Shown here: piece after piece, positions 54,022-64,000 of the stretch
Layout of the letters: each line of letters starts with the position of its first letter
How positions within the stretch are numbered: position 1 is the stretch's first letter
NCBI GenBank assembly: GCA_016197005.1
Contig: JACPWO010000004.1
Location: forward strand, 70,305-134,304
Origin: Candidatus Anderseniibacteriota bacterium
Lineage (GTDB): Bacteria; Patescibacteriota; Andersenbacteria; UBA10190
Length of the DNA: 64,000 nucleotides
Direction: 5' to 3'
Made by a program: the position numbers and the translations under genes
The notes under the pieces: model-generated
Database searches by the model: none
What the model was told of the DNA's origin: nothing
What the model saw: only the letters and a program-made list of their open reading frames with translations

Positions 54022-54717
54022 ATGGGATATAGTCGGCTCGTGGAGCTGCGCTCTTTCCAGAAACTGAACTTGTGGAGAACATCAATGTCAATGCTCGGTT
54101 CGCAGCCTATCAGCGACAGTGTATTTCCTACAATTCACCAGATCCCTACATTGAGAAACGTACTTATACGAGAGGGGTGCTTGTTTTACAGCAAAGAAGA
54201 TATCGAGATTTACCAGAAGCAATTGCAAGAACAGCACACATCGGTATGGACCCGTATAATGCAACGTCTCCAACAGATTTCAGGACTGGTGATATTTGTA
54301 GCTGGCTGGTTAAGCGTAGTCGGCTTCGCTTTGGTTGCTTGCACCATGATGCTTTCATCGGTACGTAGCGTATGGGTTGGAACTCCAATTGAGCCTTGGC
54401 AGTGGCTGTGGGACTGGACGCCTTGGGGCGCATGGATTTGGTTGCTGGCAATTTTCCTGCAAGCCATGAGTGAAATGTTTGTTAATGGGCCAGAATGGGT
54501 GTGCGCACAAGTAACCGTGAATGTTTCTCTACCAGCGCAGGTACGCGAAATGGAAACAAGAATTCGAGTACATTTTCCTCACGCTCGTTTCTTTGTCCAT
54601 TACTTGTCCGTCAAGGATGAGAAATATTACAGGATGTTCTCCGTCGATTCAGGAGACAGCAAGGATCGCAACGTGGTTGCGATCTGGGACGAAAATCAAA
54701 ACGTACTACCGTGTTAG
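54022..54717 (+). CDS. Hypothetical membrane protein
   Basis: Two TM segments; start uncertain. Confidence 0.65.
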   Translation: MGYSRLVELRSFQKLNLWRTSMSMLGSQPISDSVFPTIHQIPTLRNVLIREGCLFYSKEDIEIYQKQLQEQHTSVWTRIMQRLQQISGLVIFVAGWLSVVGFALVACTMMLSSVRSVWVGTPIEPWQWLWDWTPWGAWIWLLAIFLQAMSEMFVNGPEWVCAQVTVNVSLPAQVREMETRIRVHFPHARFFVHYLSVKDEKYYRMFSVDSGDSKDRNVVAIWDENQNVLPC

Positions 54718-54789
54718 TAACCTCTCTGCCAAAGTGCCGGGAGTTTTTTTGACCTTTACGCATTCATTGCGGCGTTTTACCCTTTGACC

Positions 54790-56118
54790 ATGCCGTTTAA
54801 TCCGAACATTTACCGCTCCTATGATATCCGAGGTGTTGTACCAGACGACTTAGACGCAGCAGAGGGGTATCACATTGGCCGAGCCTACGCGCACTATACG
54901 AACGCAAAGAAAGTAGTTGTAGCGCGAGATATGCGCCAGAGCGGGGTTGAGATAGAAAAAGAAGTTATGCGGGGACTCACGGAAGGTGGAGTAAACGTTA
55001 TCAGTATTGGCATGGCTTCTACTCCGATGTTCTATTTCGCTGTCCATCATCTAAAAACTGATGGTGGACTGATGGTAACTGCCTCGCATAATCCAGCCAA
55101 ATACAATGGCGTTAAAATTACGCGAGCTGAGGCTGTTCCGGTAGGCGGGGATTCGGGACTGATGGATATTCGGGATCTCGTAGCAAAGCGTACGTGGCCA
55201 ACTTCAGAGAATATTGGCGTCGTTACTACTCAAGACGTTCGGCAGGCGTATCTCGATTTAGTCACCAAGAATGTACAGGCAAACAATCTTAACCTAGTCG
55301 TTGATGCCGGTAATGGCATGGTCGGTATGTTGCTGCCGGAGTATTTCCAGAAAGTTGGTGGGAACGTAACCCAACTATACTGGGAACCTGACGGGACGTT
55401 TCCTAATCACGAAGCTGATCCACTGACAGCAAAGAATAGAGTGGATGCAGAAAAAGCAGTTCTTCAGCAGAAAGCGGATATCGGGATAATGTATGACGGC
55501 GATGGGGATCGCGTATTTTTTATTGATGAAACAGGAAAAACAATCCCGGGAGATATTTCCCTAGCTCTTATCGCTCGGGAATTTCTCAAAGAACATACCG
55601 GGGCCACGATTTTATATGATCTTCGTTCCTCTCGAGCCACGGCCGAAGCAATCAAAGAAAGTGGGGGCCGAGCGGTGATGTCAAAGGTAGGACATTCAAA
55701 TATTAAAAAGCAGATGCGAGAAGAAAAAGCTGTATTTGCCGGTGAAGTGTCCGGTCATTTTTATTTCACACCCCTCTATGCTGAATCTGCTCTCCTCGCC
55801 ACTGGATATATCATTCGACTTATGCAAGAAAGTGGCCAGCGTCTGTCGGAGTTGGTAGCGCCGTTGATGCGCTATGCCAAGACGGAAGAAATAAATTTTG
55901 AAGTGGAAGACAAAGAGGCAGTACTGGCGAAACTCAAGGGGCAATATAGCGATGCTCAAATTCTTGAGCTCGATGGTATTTCTATTATATATAAAAACTG
56001 GTGGGCGAATATTCGACCTTCGAACACTGAGCCTCTCTTACGACTGAACATGGAGGCGAGTACCCCGGAGCTGTTAGTTGAAAAACAAGCTGAAATTGAG
56101 GCTATTCTTCAAGGGTAG
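54790..56118 (+). CDS. Phosphomannomutase/phosphoglucomutase
   Basis: YDIRG, TASHNP, DGDGDR, GEVSGH, RPSNTEP. Confidence 0.95.
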   Translation: MPFNPNIYRSYDIRGVVPDDLDAAEGYHIGRAYAHYTNAKKVVVARDMRQSGVEIEKEVMRGLTEGGVNVISIGMASTPMFYFAVHHLKTDGGLMVTASHNPAKYNGVKITRAEAVPVGGDSGLMDIRDLVAKRTWPTSENIGVVTTQDVRQAYLDLVTKNVQANNLNLVVDAGNGMVGMLLPEYFQKVGGNVTQLYWEPDGTFPNHEADPLTAKNRVDAEKAVLQQKADIGIMYDGDGDRVFFIDETGKTIPGDISLALIAREFLKEHTGATILYDLRSSRATAEAIKESGGRAVMSKVGHSNIKKQMREEKAVFAGEVSGHFYFTPLYAESALLATGYIIRLMQESGQRLSELVAPLMRYAKTEEINFEVEDKEAVLAKLKGQYSDAQILELDGISIIYKNWWANIRPSNTEPLLRLNMEASTPELLVEKQAEIEAILQG

Positions 56119-56172
56119 GTGCTCCTTCCAACTCGTTGTTTCTAAACCGTGCCATAGGCACAGGAGTTACCG

Positions 56173-56622
56173 ATGAAAATGTTCGGGTGGATAGGGATGG
56201 GAGTATATATTCTAGTAACGGTGGTGGCGCTGACGGCCTACGCGCACGTTGTGCCGTTTCCCGTTCTTCTTTCCATGATGCGAAATTGTCAGTGGGAGAT
56301 ACCTGAAAAAGAAGATTCTTCTTCACCTGAAGTATTCGAAGTGACTTCACGGGTGCGATGGATTGATCTACCAGAAGTAGACAACGCACATTATAGCTTT
56401 GTGGATCCGCGTGACCGGGCTGAAGCAATCCGTAAGGTTTTGCAGCTGGTAGCGACTATTCCGGCAAGTGCCCATTACACCGTGGTGGTGCCGGAGGGGC
56501 AAGAAGGACCTGTCTGCATACTCGTGGAAGGAGCAGACAGTACTGCTTTACCACAAGTGGTGCAGGTTAACGTGTCATGGGGACAGATACGGCAGCCAGC
56601 AAACTTTGTGGCTGGTAAATGA
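56173..56622 (+). CDS. Hypothetical membrane-anchored protein
   Basis: SD AGGAG; N-terminal TM. Confidence 0.6.
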   Translation: MKMFGWIGMGVYILVTVVALTAYAHVVPFPVLLSMMRNCQWEIPEKEDSSSPEVFEVTSRVRWIDLPEVDNAHYSFVDPRDRAEAIRKVLQLVATIPASAHYTVVVPEGQEGPVCILVEGADSTALPQVVQVNVSWGQIRQPANFVAGK

Positions 56623-56636
56623 ACAGTGGGCTTGTT

Positions 56637-57629
56637 TTACAGCAAGCCCATTTTTTCTTTTACGAGATGGAGTGTGGTGTTGGCAATTTGGGAAGCTCTT
56701 TGAGCACCTCGACCAAGCACAATACGAAGTTCAGTGTCGTCCTTGCGCAGCAGTTCGTATTGCTCTCGTATTGGGCGCACTTTTTCTATAACTGCCTCGG
56801 CAAGCATTTCTTTAAACTCTTTGTATCCCTTACCAGAAAGTTCTTGTTCAATAGTGGCTGAGTCTTTATTAGTCATGGCTTCGTAGATAGCGAGGAGATT
56901 TTGGACGGCTGGACCGCTTTTCTCAAACGAAAATACTGGCTCAGTTTCAGTTACAGCACTCATAATCTTTTTGCGAATTATGTCAGGAGAATCACTTAAG
57001 GCGACGTATGTTTTTTCGCCATCACTTTTGCTCATTTTTCGTGATGCGTCCGTCAGTGACATAATTCTAGCTGTGGATTTAGGAATGTATGCGTTGGGCA
57101 ACGTAAATACTTCACCAAAGGTATTGTTGAATCGTTGGGCGATGTTACGGGTAAGTTCGACATGCTGGGTTTGATCTTCGCCAACGGGCACAAGGTCGGG
57201 TTTGTAAAGTAAAATATCTGCTGCCATCAGCACTGGGTAGGCGAATAAGCCTAAGGAAGTAGAGGTTTTTTGTTTGGCGGCTTTATCTTTAAACTGAGTC
57301 ATGCGAGAAAGTTCGCCAAATGGCGTCATTGTCCCTAAAAGCCAGGCGAGTTCACTGTGGGCAGAAACATTGGATTGAATAAATATGACGCTCTTGTCAG
57401 GATCGACACCGCAGGCGAGATACATCGCAACGGCATCAAGCACCCGCTCGGAAAATACTTTTGGGTTGTACGGGACGGTAACAGCGTGCAAGTCAACGAT
57501 ACAATAATAGGTCGTGTTGTCCTTCTGTAGCTCCACCCATTGTTTTAACGCTCCTAAGTAGTTGCCAATATGGAGCGTTCCGGATGGCTGGATACCAGAC
57601 AAAATTGTTTTTCCACTGGGTGTTTCCAT
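56637..57629 (-). CDS. trpS: Tryptophan-tRNA ligase
   Basis: SGIQPSG, HIGN, YPVLMAADILLY, VPVGEDQ, KMSKS. Confidence 0.97.
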   Translation of the reverse strand: METPSGKTILSGIQPSGTLHIGNYLGALKQWVELQKDNTTYYCIVDLHAVTVPYNPKVFSERVLDAVAMYLACGVDPDKSVIFIQSNVSAHSELAWLLGTMTPFGELSRMTQFKDKAAKQKTSTSLGLFAYPVLMAADILLYKPDLVPVGEDQTQHVELTRNIAQRFNNTFGEVFTLPNAYIPKSTARIMSLTDASRKMSKSDGEKTYVALSDSPDIIRKKIMSAVTETEPVFSFEKSGPAVQNLLAIYEAMTNKDSATIEQELSGKGYKEFKEMLAEAVIEKVRPIREQYELLRKDDTELRIVLGRGAQRASQIANTTLHLVKEKMGLL

Positions 57630-57666
57630 AAACCCAGCCTACCAGTTAGCAGCGTTCTGCTACAAG

Positions 57667-59616
57667 CTACACTTCGACAATAACCGGTAGCACCATGGGA
57701 CGGCGCTCCGTACGTTGGAAGAGGAATTGACCAATATCATCACGTACGCTGTTTTTAAGATGGCTCCAATCAGGGTGTCCCTGTTGTTTGCCCATATGTT
57801 TGGTAATGACTTCAACAATCTTTTGGCGAGTCTCACGGATCAACTGTTGATGCTCTTTCATATAAACGAAACCACGGGAAATAAGATCAGGTTCACCTAC
57901 GAGGCGACCGGTGCGACCATCAACGGTGGCAATAACAACCACCATGCCGTCGGAGGCAAGCATTTGGCGGTCGCGCAGAACGACGTTACCAATATCACCG
58001 ACTCCTAGTCCATCCACCATAATGTGACGGAGTTCATATTTCTCACCAGTGAGGCGAGCTTTGCCATCAACAATTTCAACAACCTCTCCGTTTGCTGGTA
58101 GGAGACAATTACTGCGGGGGAATCCATTGGCCACTGCCATTTTGCAATGTTCAGCCCTAAAGCTGAAGTAGCCGTGAGCGGGGATAAGGAAGACCGGCTT
58201 TGTTAGTTGGATCATCTGTAACATATCACCGCGATGACCATGACCTCCGGAATGAATATCCATCATCTTGTAATGAATTACTTCAGCTCCTTGTTTGTAG
58301 ATAGCATCTTTGACCAATTGAACAGAAGCTTCGTTTCCAGGGATGACGGATGAGGAGAAAACAACCACATCACCGTACTGCAGTTCAATGGAGCGGTGCT
58401 CCTTGGTAACAATACGCATAAGGACAGCGTTGTCTTCGCCTTGAGCGCCGGTACAGAGAATGAGGACTTTTCCTGGGGGAAGTTTGGTCGATTCCTCTGC
58501 GCTAATGACTGTTTCTGGGCGGAAATCCATAAAACCAATTTCTTTGGCAATCGCCACGTTGGTTTTCATAGAATACCCATCAATAGCAACTTTACGACCA
58601 TAGCGTTCCGCTACTGACACGAGTTGCTGCAGTCGATCGATCATAGAAGAGAACGTCGCGGTAATAATACGTTGCGTTGGATGTTCTTCGAAGATCTTTT
58701 CTAAGTTGTGTTCAACAACTTTTTCGGACATAGAGTGGCCTTCACGTTCCGCTCCAGTGGAATCTGTGTACAGAACAGTAATGCCTTTTTCTCCGAGTCG
58801 CTTTAGATGTTCTTCATCAGCGGGAAGGTCGTTAACCGGGTTAAGATCGAATTTAAAGTCTCCGGTAAAGGCAATAGAGCCAGCTGGAGATCGCACGACG
58901 ACACCAAACGAGTTTGGTACGGAGTGATTGACGTGGAAAGTTTCAATTTCAAACTTTCCAAGTTTAAAGATTTCTTTCGGTTTTACAATATTTACTTTAG
59001 GTTTGGCGTATTGAGGAAAATCGGCATGACGCTTTTCCACCAATTTCATAGTGAATTCGGAGCCGAATACCGGAGGATTACCTAATTTTGGCAAAATATG
59101 TGGCACACCACCAAAGTGGTCATAATGAGCGTGAGTAATAATGACGCCCTTTACATTCTTTTCTTTGCCAGCGAGCGGAGAGATATCTGGAATGATGTAA
59201 TCGATGCCGTACATATTCTCGCTTGGGAACATGAGACCAATATCAATAACAACAATATCGCCTTTGTATTCCACCGCAGCGCAATTACGGCCAATTTCTT
59301 CGAGGCCTCCCATTGGAATTAAGTACATGCCATCCGGATTACGGGGTGGCTGTTTAACCATGGGTAAGTCGCGGTGTGTGGGTCCAAAATGGATACCACT
59401 ACTACGGCCACGTCCACCATGGGGACGACGGCCACCTCTACCACCTCCTGGTGGACGACTTGAACGACCGCGAGGCGGTCGTGAAGTGCTCTTGTGAGGA
59501 GCAGGTGTAGATGATTTAACTGTGCGCGGACGTGACGTAGAAACTGGTTCGGGTTTACGAGTTCCAGTTGTCCTCGGCCGCACAGGCGGAGGCGTCGGGG
59601 TATTCGGACTATTCAT
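57667..59616 (-). CDS. rnj: Ribonuclease J
   Basis: GGLEEIGRN, THAHYDH, TGDFK, HSGGH, RRPMVLP; Arg/Pro/Gly-rich N-terminal extension. Confidence 0.96.
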   Translation of the reverse strand: MNSPNTPTPPPVRPRTTGTRKPEPVSTSRPRTVKSSTPAPHKSTSRPPRGRSSRPPGGGRGGRRPHGGRGRSSGIHFGPTHRDLPMVKQPPRNPDGMYLIPMGGLEEIGRNCAAVEYKGDIVVIDIGLMFPSENMYGIDYIIPDISPLAGKEKNVKGVIITHAHYDHFGGVPHILPKLGNPPVFGSEFTMKLVEKRHADFPQYAKPKVNIVKPKEIFKLGKFEIETFHVNHSVPNSFGVVVRSPAGSIAFTGDFKFDLNPVNDLPADEEHLKRLGEKGITVLYTDSTGAEREGHSMSEKVVEHNLEKIFEEHPTQRIITATFSSMIDRLQQLVSVAERYGRKVAIDGYSMKTNVAIAKEIGFMDFRPETVISAEESTKLPPGKVLILCTGAQGEDNAVLMRIVTKEHRSIELQYGDVVVFSSSVIPGNEASVQLVKDAIYKQGAEVIHYKMMDIHSGGHGHRGDMLQMIQLTKPVFLIPAHGYFSFRAEHCKMAVANGFPRSNCLLPANGEVVEIVDGKARLTGEKYELRHIMVDGLGVGDIGNVVLRDRQMLASDGMVVVIATVDGRTGRLVGEPDLISRGFVYMKEHQQLIRETRQKIVEVITKHMGKQQGHPDWSHLKNSVRDDIGQFLFQRTERRPMVLPVIVEV

Positions 59617-59800
59617 TTGTCTAAATATTAATTTTAAGAATGAAGGTGAGCGACGCCGCTGGATAAAGCCAAGCGTGCGAATCGCGCACTAATCGAGTGA
59701 TTTTGAGAAATGCTGGGCTGTCGGCCTGCCTTACTCAAAAGCGCTCGGGTAAAGACTCCTTAGGAAAATTCGGAATCTATCAGAATTATTAGCTGTCTCG

Positions 59801-59829
59801 AGCATAGCAAAATGGCCGATGCTTGTCAA
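59801..59829 (-). promoter_or_regulatory. Probable rnj promoter (~180-nt leader)
   Basis: TTGACA-17-TATGCT on the minus strand. Confidence 0.55.
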
Positions 59830-59909
59830 ATACCCTTTTCCGGAGTACTTTATTGAGCCCTCCTTGTGGAGGATGTTGTTTGAAAATCAGGTAAACCTCG
59901 GAGCCAAAA

Positions 59910-61256
59910 ATGCGCATTGAACACTGGGCAACAGTACTCTTCGTGCTGGCCGTTTTGCACACGTTTGCGGCGGGTATCTTCAAGAAACTTGCCCATCGCC
60001 AACCCAAGAATTCGGGATGGCAGAATTTCTACGAATTACTGTCAGAGGCGGAGGTGGTGATGCTCGTTTGGGCATCCATTCTGTTCGGGTCGATTGTCAG
60101 TTTTGGGCTGCTTCACAGCCCTGCCTATGTTGCAGCGCTGGCGGAAGGGTTTCATCACGCAACTGAGTACATCGAATCGCTGAATTATACGGAGCCAAAA
60201 TTCGTGGTCGTTATTATGACCATCTGCGCCACAAAGCCGATTGTGCATTTTGTCGATGCCCTTATTCGTTTCGTGGCTCAGTTGATGGCTTCTGTATGTC
60301 GACTCTCAATGCCAGCCGCCTTCCTGTTTTCAGCCCTGACTGTTGGACCACTTCTAGGGTCGTTCATCACGGAACCAGCGGCGATGACGGTGACTGCAAT
60401 CGTGCTTAGCCGGCAATTCTTTGAACGAGGAATATCACGGCGGCTGATGTACGCCATGATTGGTGTGCTGTTCGTGTCTGTGTCAATCGGCGGAGTGCTA
60501 ACTCACTTTGCTGCTCCTCCAGTTCTGATGGTTGCCGGGAAGTGGGGGTGGGGAGTCGAGTATATGGCGCGCCATTTTGGCTGGAAAGCTGTTGTTGCTG
60601 TTGTTCTGAACACGAGTGGTCTCATCCTTGCGTTTCGGCGCGAGATCTCGACTTTTCGTCTCTTGGACGACAGTGACCAGCATGGCGCGGCGGCTCCCAA
60701 GAAACGCATGCCAAAATGGGTAGTAGCTGTGCATCTTCTGGTGCTCGCATTTACTGTCCTGACCGCTCACCATGAAAACATTTTCTTAGGAGGCTTCATG
60801 CTCTTTCTGGGCTTTGTTACCGTTACTCATGAGTTTCAAGAGCCGCTAAAGATTCGCCAGGCGCTGCTGGTGGGTGGATTTCTTGCCGGACTCGTTACGC
60901 TTGGGGGGTTGCAAAGCTGGTGGCTTGCCCCGCTTCTCCAGAGTCTCAATGAACTGCCACTCTTTGTTGGTACTACTTTGCTGACTGGGGTTACCGACAA
61001 CGCTGCGCTCACGTATCTGGGATCTCAAGTTCCGGATTTGAGTGAGCGGATGAAGCAAATGCTCGTTGCCGGGGCGGTAGCCGGAGGCGGCCTTACGGTC
61101 ATTGCCAATGCTCCCAATCCCGCTGGGTATGCAATTTTGGAAGGATCCTTTAAGCGAGGAGGGCATAGTGGAATTAACCCGCTCGGTCTGCTCGTAGCAG
61201 CTGCGGTGCCAACGCTGGTAGCGGCGCTGTGCTTCTGGTTCTTGCCAAGTTTGTGA
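59910..61256 (+). CDS. Putative Na+/H+ antiporter (DUF1504-like)
   Basis: GPLLGSFITEPAAMT, FAAPPVLMVA, TDNAALTYL, VIANAPNPAG. Confidence 0.85.
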   Translation: MRIEHWATVLFVLAVLHTFAAGIFKKLAHRQPKNSGWQNFYELLSEAEVVMLVWASILFGSIVSFGLLHSPAYVAALAEGFHHATEYIESLNYTEPKFVVVIMTICATKPIVHFVDALIRFVAQLMASVCRLSMPAAFLFSALTVGPLLGSFITEPAAMTVTAIVLSRQFFERGISRRLMYAMIGVLFVSVSIGGVLTHFAAPPVLMVAGKWGWGVEYMARHFGWKAVVAVVLNTSGLILAFRREISTFRLLDDSDQHGAAAPKKRMPKWVVAVHLLVLAFTVLTAHHENIFLGGFMLFLGFVTVTHEFQEPLKIRQALLVGGFLAGLVTLGGLQSWWLAPLLQSLNELPLFVGTTLLTGVTDNAALTYLGSQVPDLSERMKQMLVAGAVAGGGLTVIANAPNPAGYAILEGSFKRGGHSGINPLGLLVAAAVPTLVAALCFWFLPSL

Positions 61257-61294
61257 ATCGATCGGCGAGTGCGTTATGTGCTCGCCGATTTTTC

Positions 61295-61438
61295 TTATAT
61301 AGTTTGTATCTCCGCATGCTTACCGTCTGTGCAGTGGCACTCCTTAAGCTCATGCCCAGCGTGAGAACACCCCTCGGTTTCACAAACTTTTGGGTGGTCA
61401 GATACGCCACCACACTTTAGACATACAAAATGAGTCAT
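61295..61438 (-). CDS. 47-aa Cys/His-rich microprotein (below ORF-track cutoff)
   Basis: MTHFVCLKCGGVSDHPKVCETEGCSHAGHELKECHCTDGKHAEIQTI; SD AAGGAGGTG; hairpin 61260-61292 downstream. Confidence 0.8.
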   Translation of the reverse strand: MTHFVCLKCGGVSDHPKVCETEGCSHAGHELKECHCTDGKHAEIQTI

Positions 61439-61512
61439 AAAAACACCTCCTTATTTTCTTCAGTGTACGATCATTGTCTTTGACTGCTAGACTGGGTACA
61501 CTCAGGCCCACC

Positions 61513-61596
61513 GGGGACGTGGCGGAATTGGCATACGCGTACGCTTCAGGAGCGTATGACCGCAAGGTCGTGAGAGTTCAAGTCTCTCCGTCCCCA
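61513..61596 (+). tRNA. tRNA-Leu(CAG); CCA not encoded
   Basis: GGGGACG/CGTCCCC acceptor, TACGC-TTCAGGA-GCGTA anticodon arm, long variable arm, GTTCAAGT T-loop. Confidence 0.96.
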
Positions 61597-61767
61597 CACC
61601 TAACACAAGTATTTTTTGTAGAATTTTCTCCCTCTAGAAAGGCCTTTTTAGTCGGATGTGCAAAAAGTATGATGAAGTATGATATTATATGATTACGGTT
61701 GAAATTGGCTGTCGTCAGATGGACTGACTGCAGATTAACAATCACATATCCTTCAAGGAGGAATACG

Positions 61768-63324
61768 ATGCGAGTAGCGCCCCTCTCAGTGCGGATGTAT
61801 CACATCTTGGCGGATAGTTTCCATGTCTCACAGTGGATTGAGGCTCACGGCCGAAGCAACGGTCAGTCCATCTCCTTTCTGAGACATCTGACCGAACACG
61901 TGGATCTGATTAAGGATGCTGGTTGGACACATCTCTACCTCACCGGTGGATTTGTGCGTGGAAAGCTCTATGCGAAAGGGCGAGGTACGCCTTTTTGCAT
62001 TCGCAATCACTTAGAATTCGAGCCATCGTTTGGAACTGCTGACGAGCTTCGCTCGCTGGCAACTCTCATGCCGGTTGTTTTGGATTTCGTACCGAACCAT
62101 ACCGCTTGGGATCATCCCTGGATGTCCAATCGTGACTTTTACCGCTCCTGTAGTGGTAGTTGTCAGAATGAACATTGTTGTCGCAATGGAATTCATTGTG
62201 CAGGATTCTGGGACGATCGGTGTGGGCAACGCCGGCACTGGTCGGACATCGCTCAGCTTAATTTGACTGAGCCTCTCGTGTGGGAAGCTCATACGCACAC
62301 TGCACGTGAACTGCTGCGACTGGGGATTGCCGGCTTTCGAATCGATACCGCAGATAATTTCAAGGATGAACAAGCAATCGAGCGATTGTGGGGTGTCCGT
62401 CCGCGGGAGAACTACTTCCAAAAGATGGTTGCCCGAATTCGGGACGAGTATCCGAACACGTTGCTCATTGCTGAATCGAATGCTGGGGCAGATGGACTCG
62501 AAGCGTGTGGTATTGATGTCGTCTATGACGGCAGTGAACGGACCGGTGAACTTGCTTGGCGAGACGAACTGGCAGGGCGAGATGCTCGGGCCATTCAACG
62601 GAAGATTACTCGTCTCGCTCAGCTGTTTAACGAAGGTCGGGCGCGGCAGATTGATTGTGGTAATCACGATCAGCCTGCTCCTCGACGTCGTTATGGATCA
62701 TGGTTGCCCGGAGCGGAAGCCCTTACCTTTTTTGCTCCAGGTCCCCTTCTGTTTTTGGGAGGGAACGAGTCGGAGTACGACGGGTGGGTGGATAACGATG
62801 CACGGATGGCGGCTGAAGAGATGGAGACTCGGCCCCAACCTCTGTCACGAGAGTGCCAAGTTGACTGGTGTTCCGGCGGCGTAACCTCGCTCTATGCTCG
62901 TCTCTTTTCCGAGAGACGAGCAATTAACGGTCGGCTGGGCTCCAGCGTTTGCTGGGTGCCATCTAAAACCGATGGTTCTGAGGGCTGGGTGGGATATCGT
63001 GTACAAGGAAATTCTTTTTCCTACACGGTTCTTGCCAATCCCTCTCAAGAGCCGGTGGCTGTCAGAGAACATGGCAATGTTGAACTGGAACCCGGAGGGT
63101 TTCGGGTGTTGGTTCAAGACAGCAACATGCTTGAGCAAGTTTTCAAGCGCGTCGTCAGGGCGGGGGAACGTGTTAAAAATCTTCGTGTTGAAGCAGATCT
63201 ACACTCAAATGTTCTGCATCTACATGGAGAAACACGGTCATACTATGCTCGACAATGCGCCCAACATGCAGTCATGTCGCTGCGTGAAAACTTTAGTGTG
63301 AAGGATCACATCACTTCTTGGTAA
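61768..63324 (+). CDS. GH13 alpha-amylase-family protein with C-terminal BON-like domain
   Basis: LDFVPNHT, GFRIDTA, LIAES, NHD; tail LHGETRSYYARQCAQHAV; SD AAGGAGG. Confidence 0.82.
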   Translation: MRVAPLSVRMYHILADSFHVSQWIEAHGRSNGQSISFLRHLTEHVDLIKDAGWTHLYLTGGFVRGKLYAKGRGTPFCIRNHLEFEPSFGTADELRSLATLMPVVLDFVPNHTAWDHPWMSNRDFYRSCSGSCQNEHCCRNGIHCAGFWDDRCGQRRHWSDIAQLNLTEPLVWEAHTHTARELLRLGIAGFRIDTADNFKDEQAIERLWGVRPRENYFQKMVARIRDEYPNTLLIAESNAGADGLEACGIDVVYDGSERTGELAWRDELAGRDARAIQRKITRLAQLFNEGRARQIDCGNHDQPAPRRRYGSWLPGAEALTFFAPGPLLFLGGNESEYDGWVDNDARMAAEEMETRPQPLSRECQVDWCSGGVTSLYARLFSERRAINGRLGSSVCWVPSKTDGSEGWVGYRVQGNSFSYTVLANPSQEPVAVREHGNVELEPGGFRVLVQDSNMLEQVFKRVVRAGERVKNLRVEADLHSNVLHLHGETRSYYARQCAQHAVMSLRENFSVKDHITSW

Positions 63325-63329
63325 CGTAA

Positions 63330-63370
63330 AAGGCAGTTTGGAACGAAAGTTCCCAGCTGCCTCTTTTTTT
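63330..63370 (+). terminator. Intrinsic terminator
   Basis: AGGCAG...GGAAC-GAAA-GTTCC...CTGCCT then T-tract. Confidence 0.7.
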
Positions 63371-63399
63371 ACTTTAAAATCCCGCGTATTCTTGGGCAT

Positions 63400-64000
63400 A
63401 TGGCAAATATGGTATGGCCAGACAATGTACAGCGGCGGCTGCAAAAAGCTCCCCAAGATACATGGAAAAACAAAGAACTCGAAGCTATTGTTGATGCTTC
63501 GGAAATACTCTCGGCAGCACAATTTCAAGAGATTATTGCGCGTATGCAAGCGGAAGGAGCTTTTGCTATCCGTCTCGAACACAAAGAGCTCCCGCAACTC
63601 AACACTATTATTACGTTTTCTCGGGCGGCTGATACACGAGCATGGCCGATGGGAACGAATGTGTGGATACGTGATCTCACTCTAATGGCTGAGCGGCTTG
63701 TAACATCAGCTTCTCTTCCCGTGTTTGCTGAAAATAAAGAAATAGGAAAGCAAATGATTCTTTCCGCGTTGTCACTTATGTCAACGCCGTCTCAGCTTAA
63801 CCGCTTTCGTGCCATTATCTCTGGTCGGACAGATGTTACCCGGGCCAGTAACTGGCCACATATCTTTTTAGATAGCCGAGATAACTTAAGCGGAGAGCGC
63901 ATGGAGGGTTGGTCACACAAACAGGAGGCGTGGCAGATGACGGCAGTAGTCACTCTGCAAATGCTACAGAGCGGAATTCTGACAGCAAGCGATCTCTTAC
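63400..64000 (+). CDS. GH15/six-hairpin glycosidase-like protein (runs off window)
   Basis: Open frame MANMVWPDN...NVWIRD...WPHIFLD...WSHKQ. Confidence 0.6.
   Translation, partial: MANMVWPDNVQRRLQKAPQDTWKNKELEAIVDASEILSAAQFQEIIARMQAEGAFAIRLEHKELPQLNTIITFSRAADTRAWPMGTNVWIRDLTLMAERLVTSASLPVFAENKEIGKQMILSALSLMSTPSQLNRFRAIISGRTDVTRASNWPHIFLDSRDNLSGERMEGWSHKQEAWQMTAVVTLQMLQSGILTASDLL

Overview
Bacterial chromosome segment, probably from a Patescibacteria/CPR lineage (inferred from gene style and content, not provable here). Left ~30 kb: an accessory island starting at the 5' end of ychF. It encodes a large serine recombinase whose stop codon lies inside ychF, a replication module (CHC2 zinc finger, DUF3987/YfjI, DUF5659), a ParB-methylase and small and large terminases, with no portal, capsid or tail genes. 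A tyrosine recombinase follows, then co-oriented cargo: a nuclease, a PLD-SNF2 helicase plus Eco57I-like m6A methylase split by a (GA)8 tract, a HEPN-like/large helical pair, a PD-(D/E)XK nuclease and rifampin phosphotransferase rph. At 32.6-35.8 kb a ~156-nt promoter-driven structured ncRNA has its 3' end duplicated around an integrase-less 3.1-kb islet carrying rifampin ADP-ribosyltransferase arr. Right half: mostly core or membrane genes (FMN riboswitch + DMT transporter, Trx/CcdA, SipW/TasA, ZnuA/Fur, ANTAR regulator, TrmB, zwf-gnd fusion, PMM/PGM, trpS, rnj, tRNA-Leu(CAG), GH13, GH15-like). Best leads: the three-state (GA)n switch with a hidden out-of-frame duplicate of the specificity-domain entry motif; the ncRNA used as an integration target; the ychF-targeting, terminase-only element with twin iteron-like sites. 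Family calls come from motif recognition only; no database searches were run.
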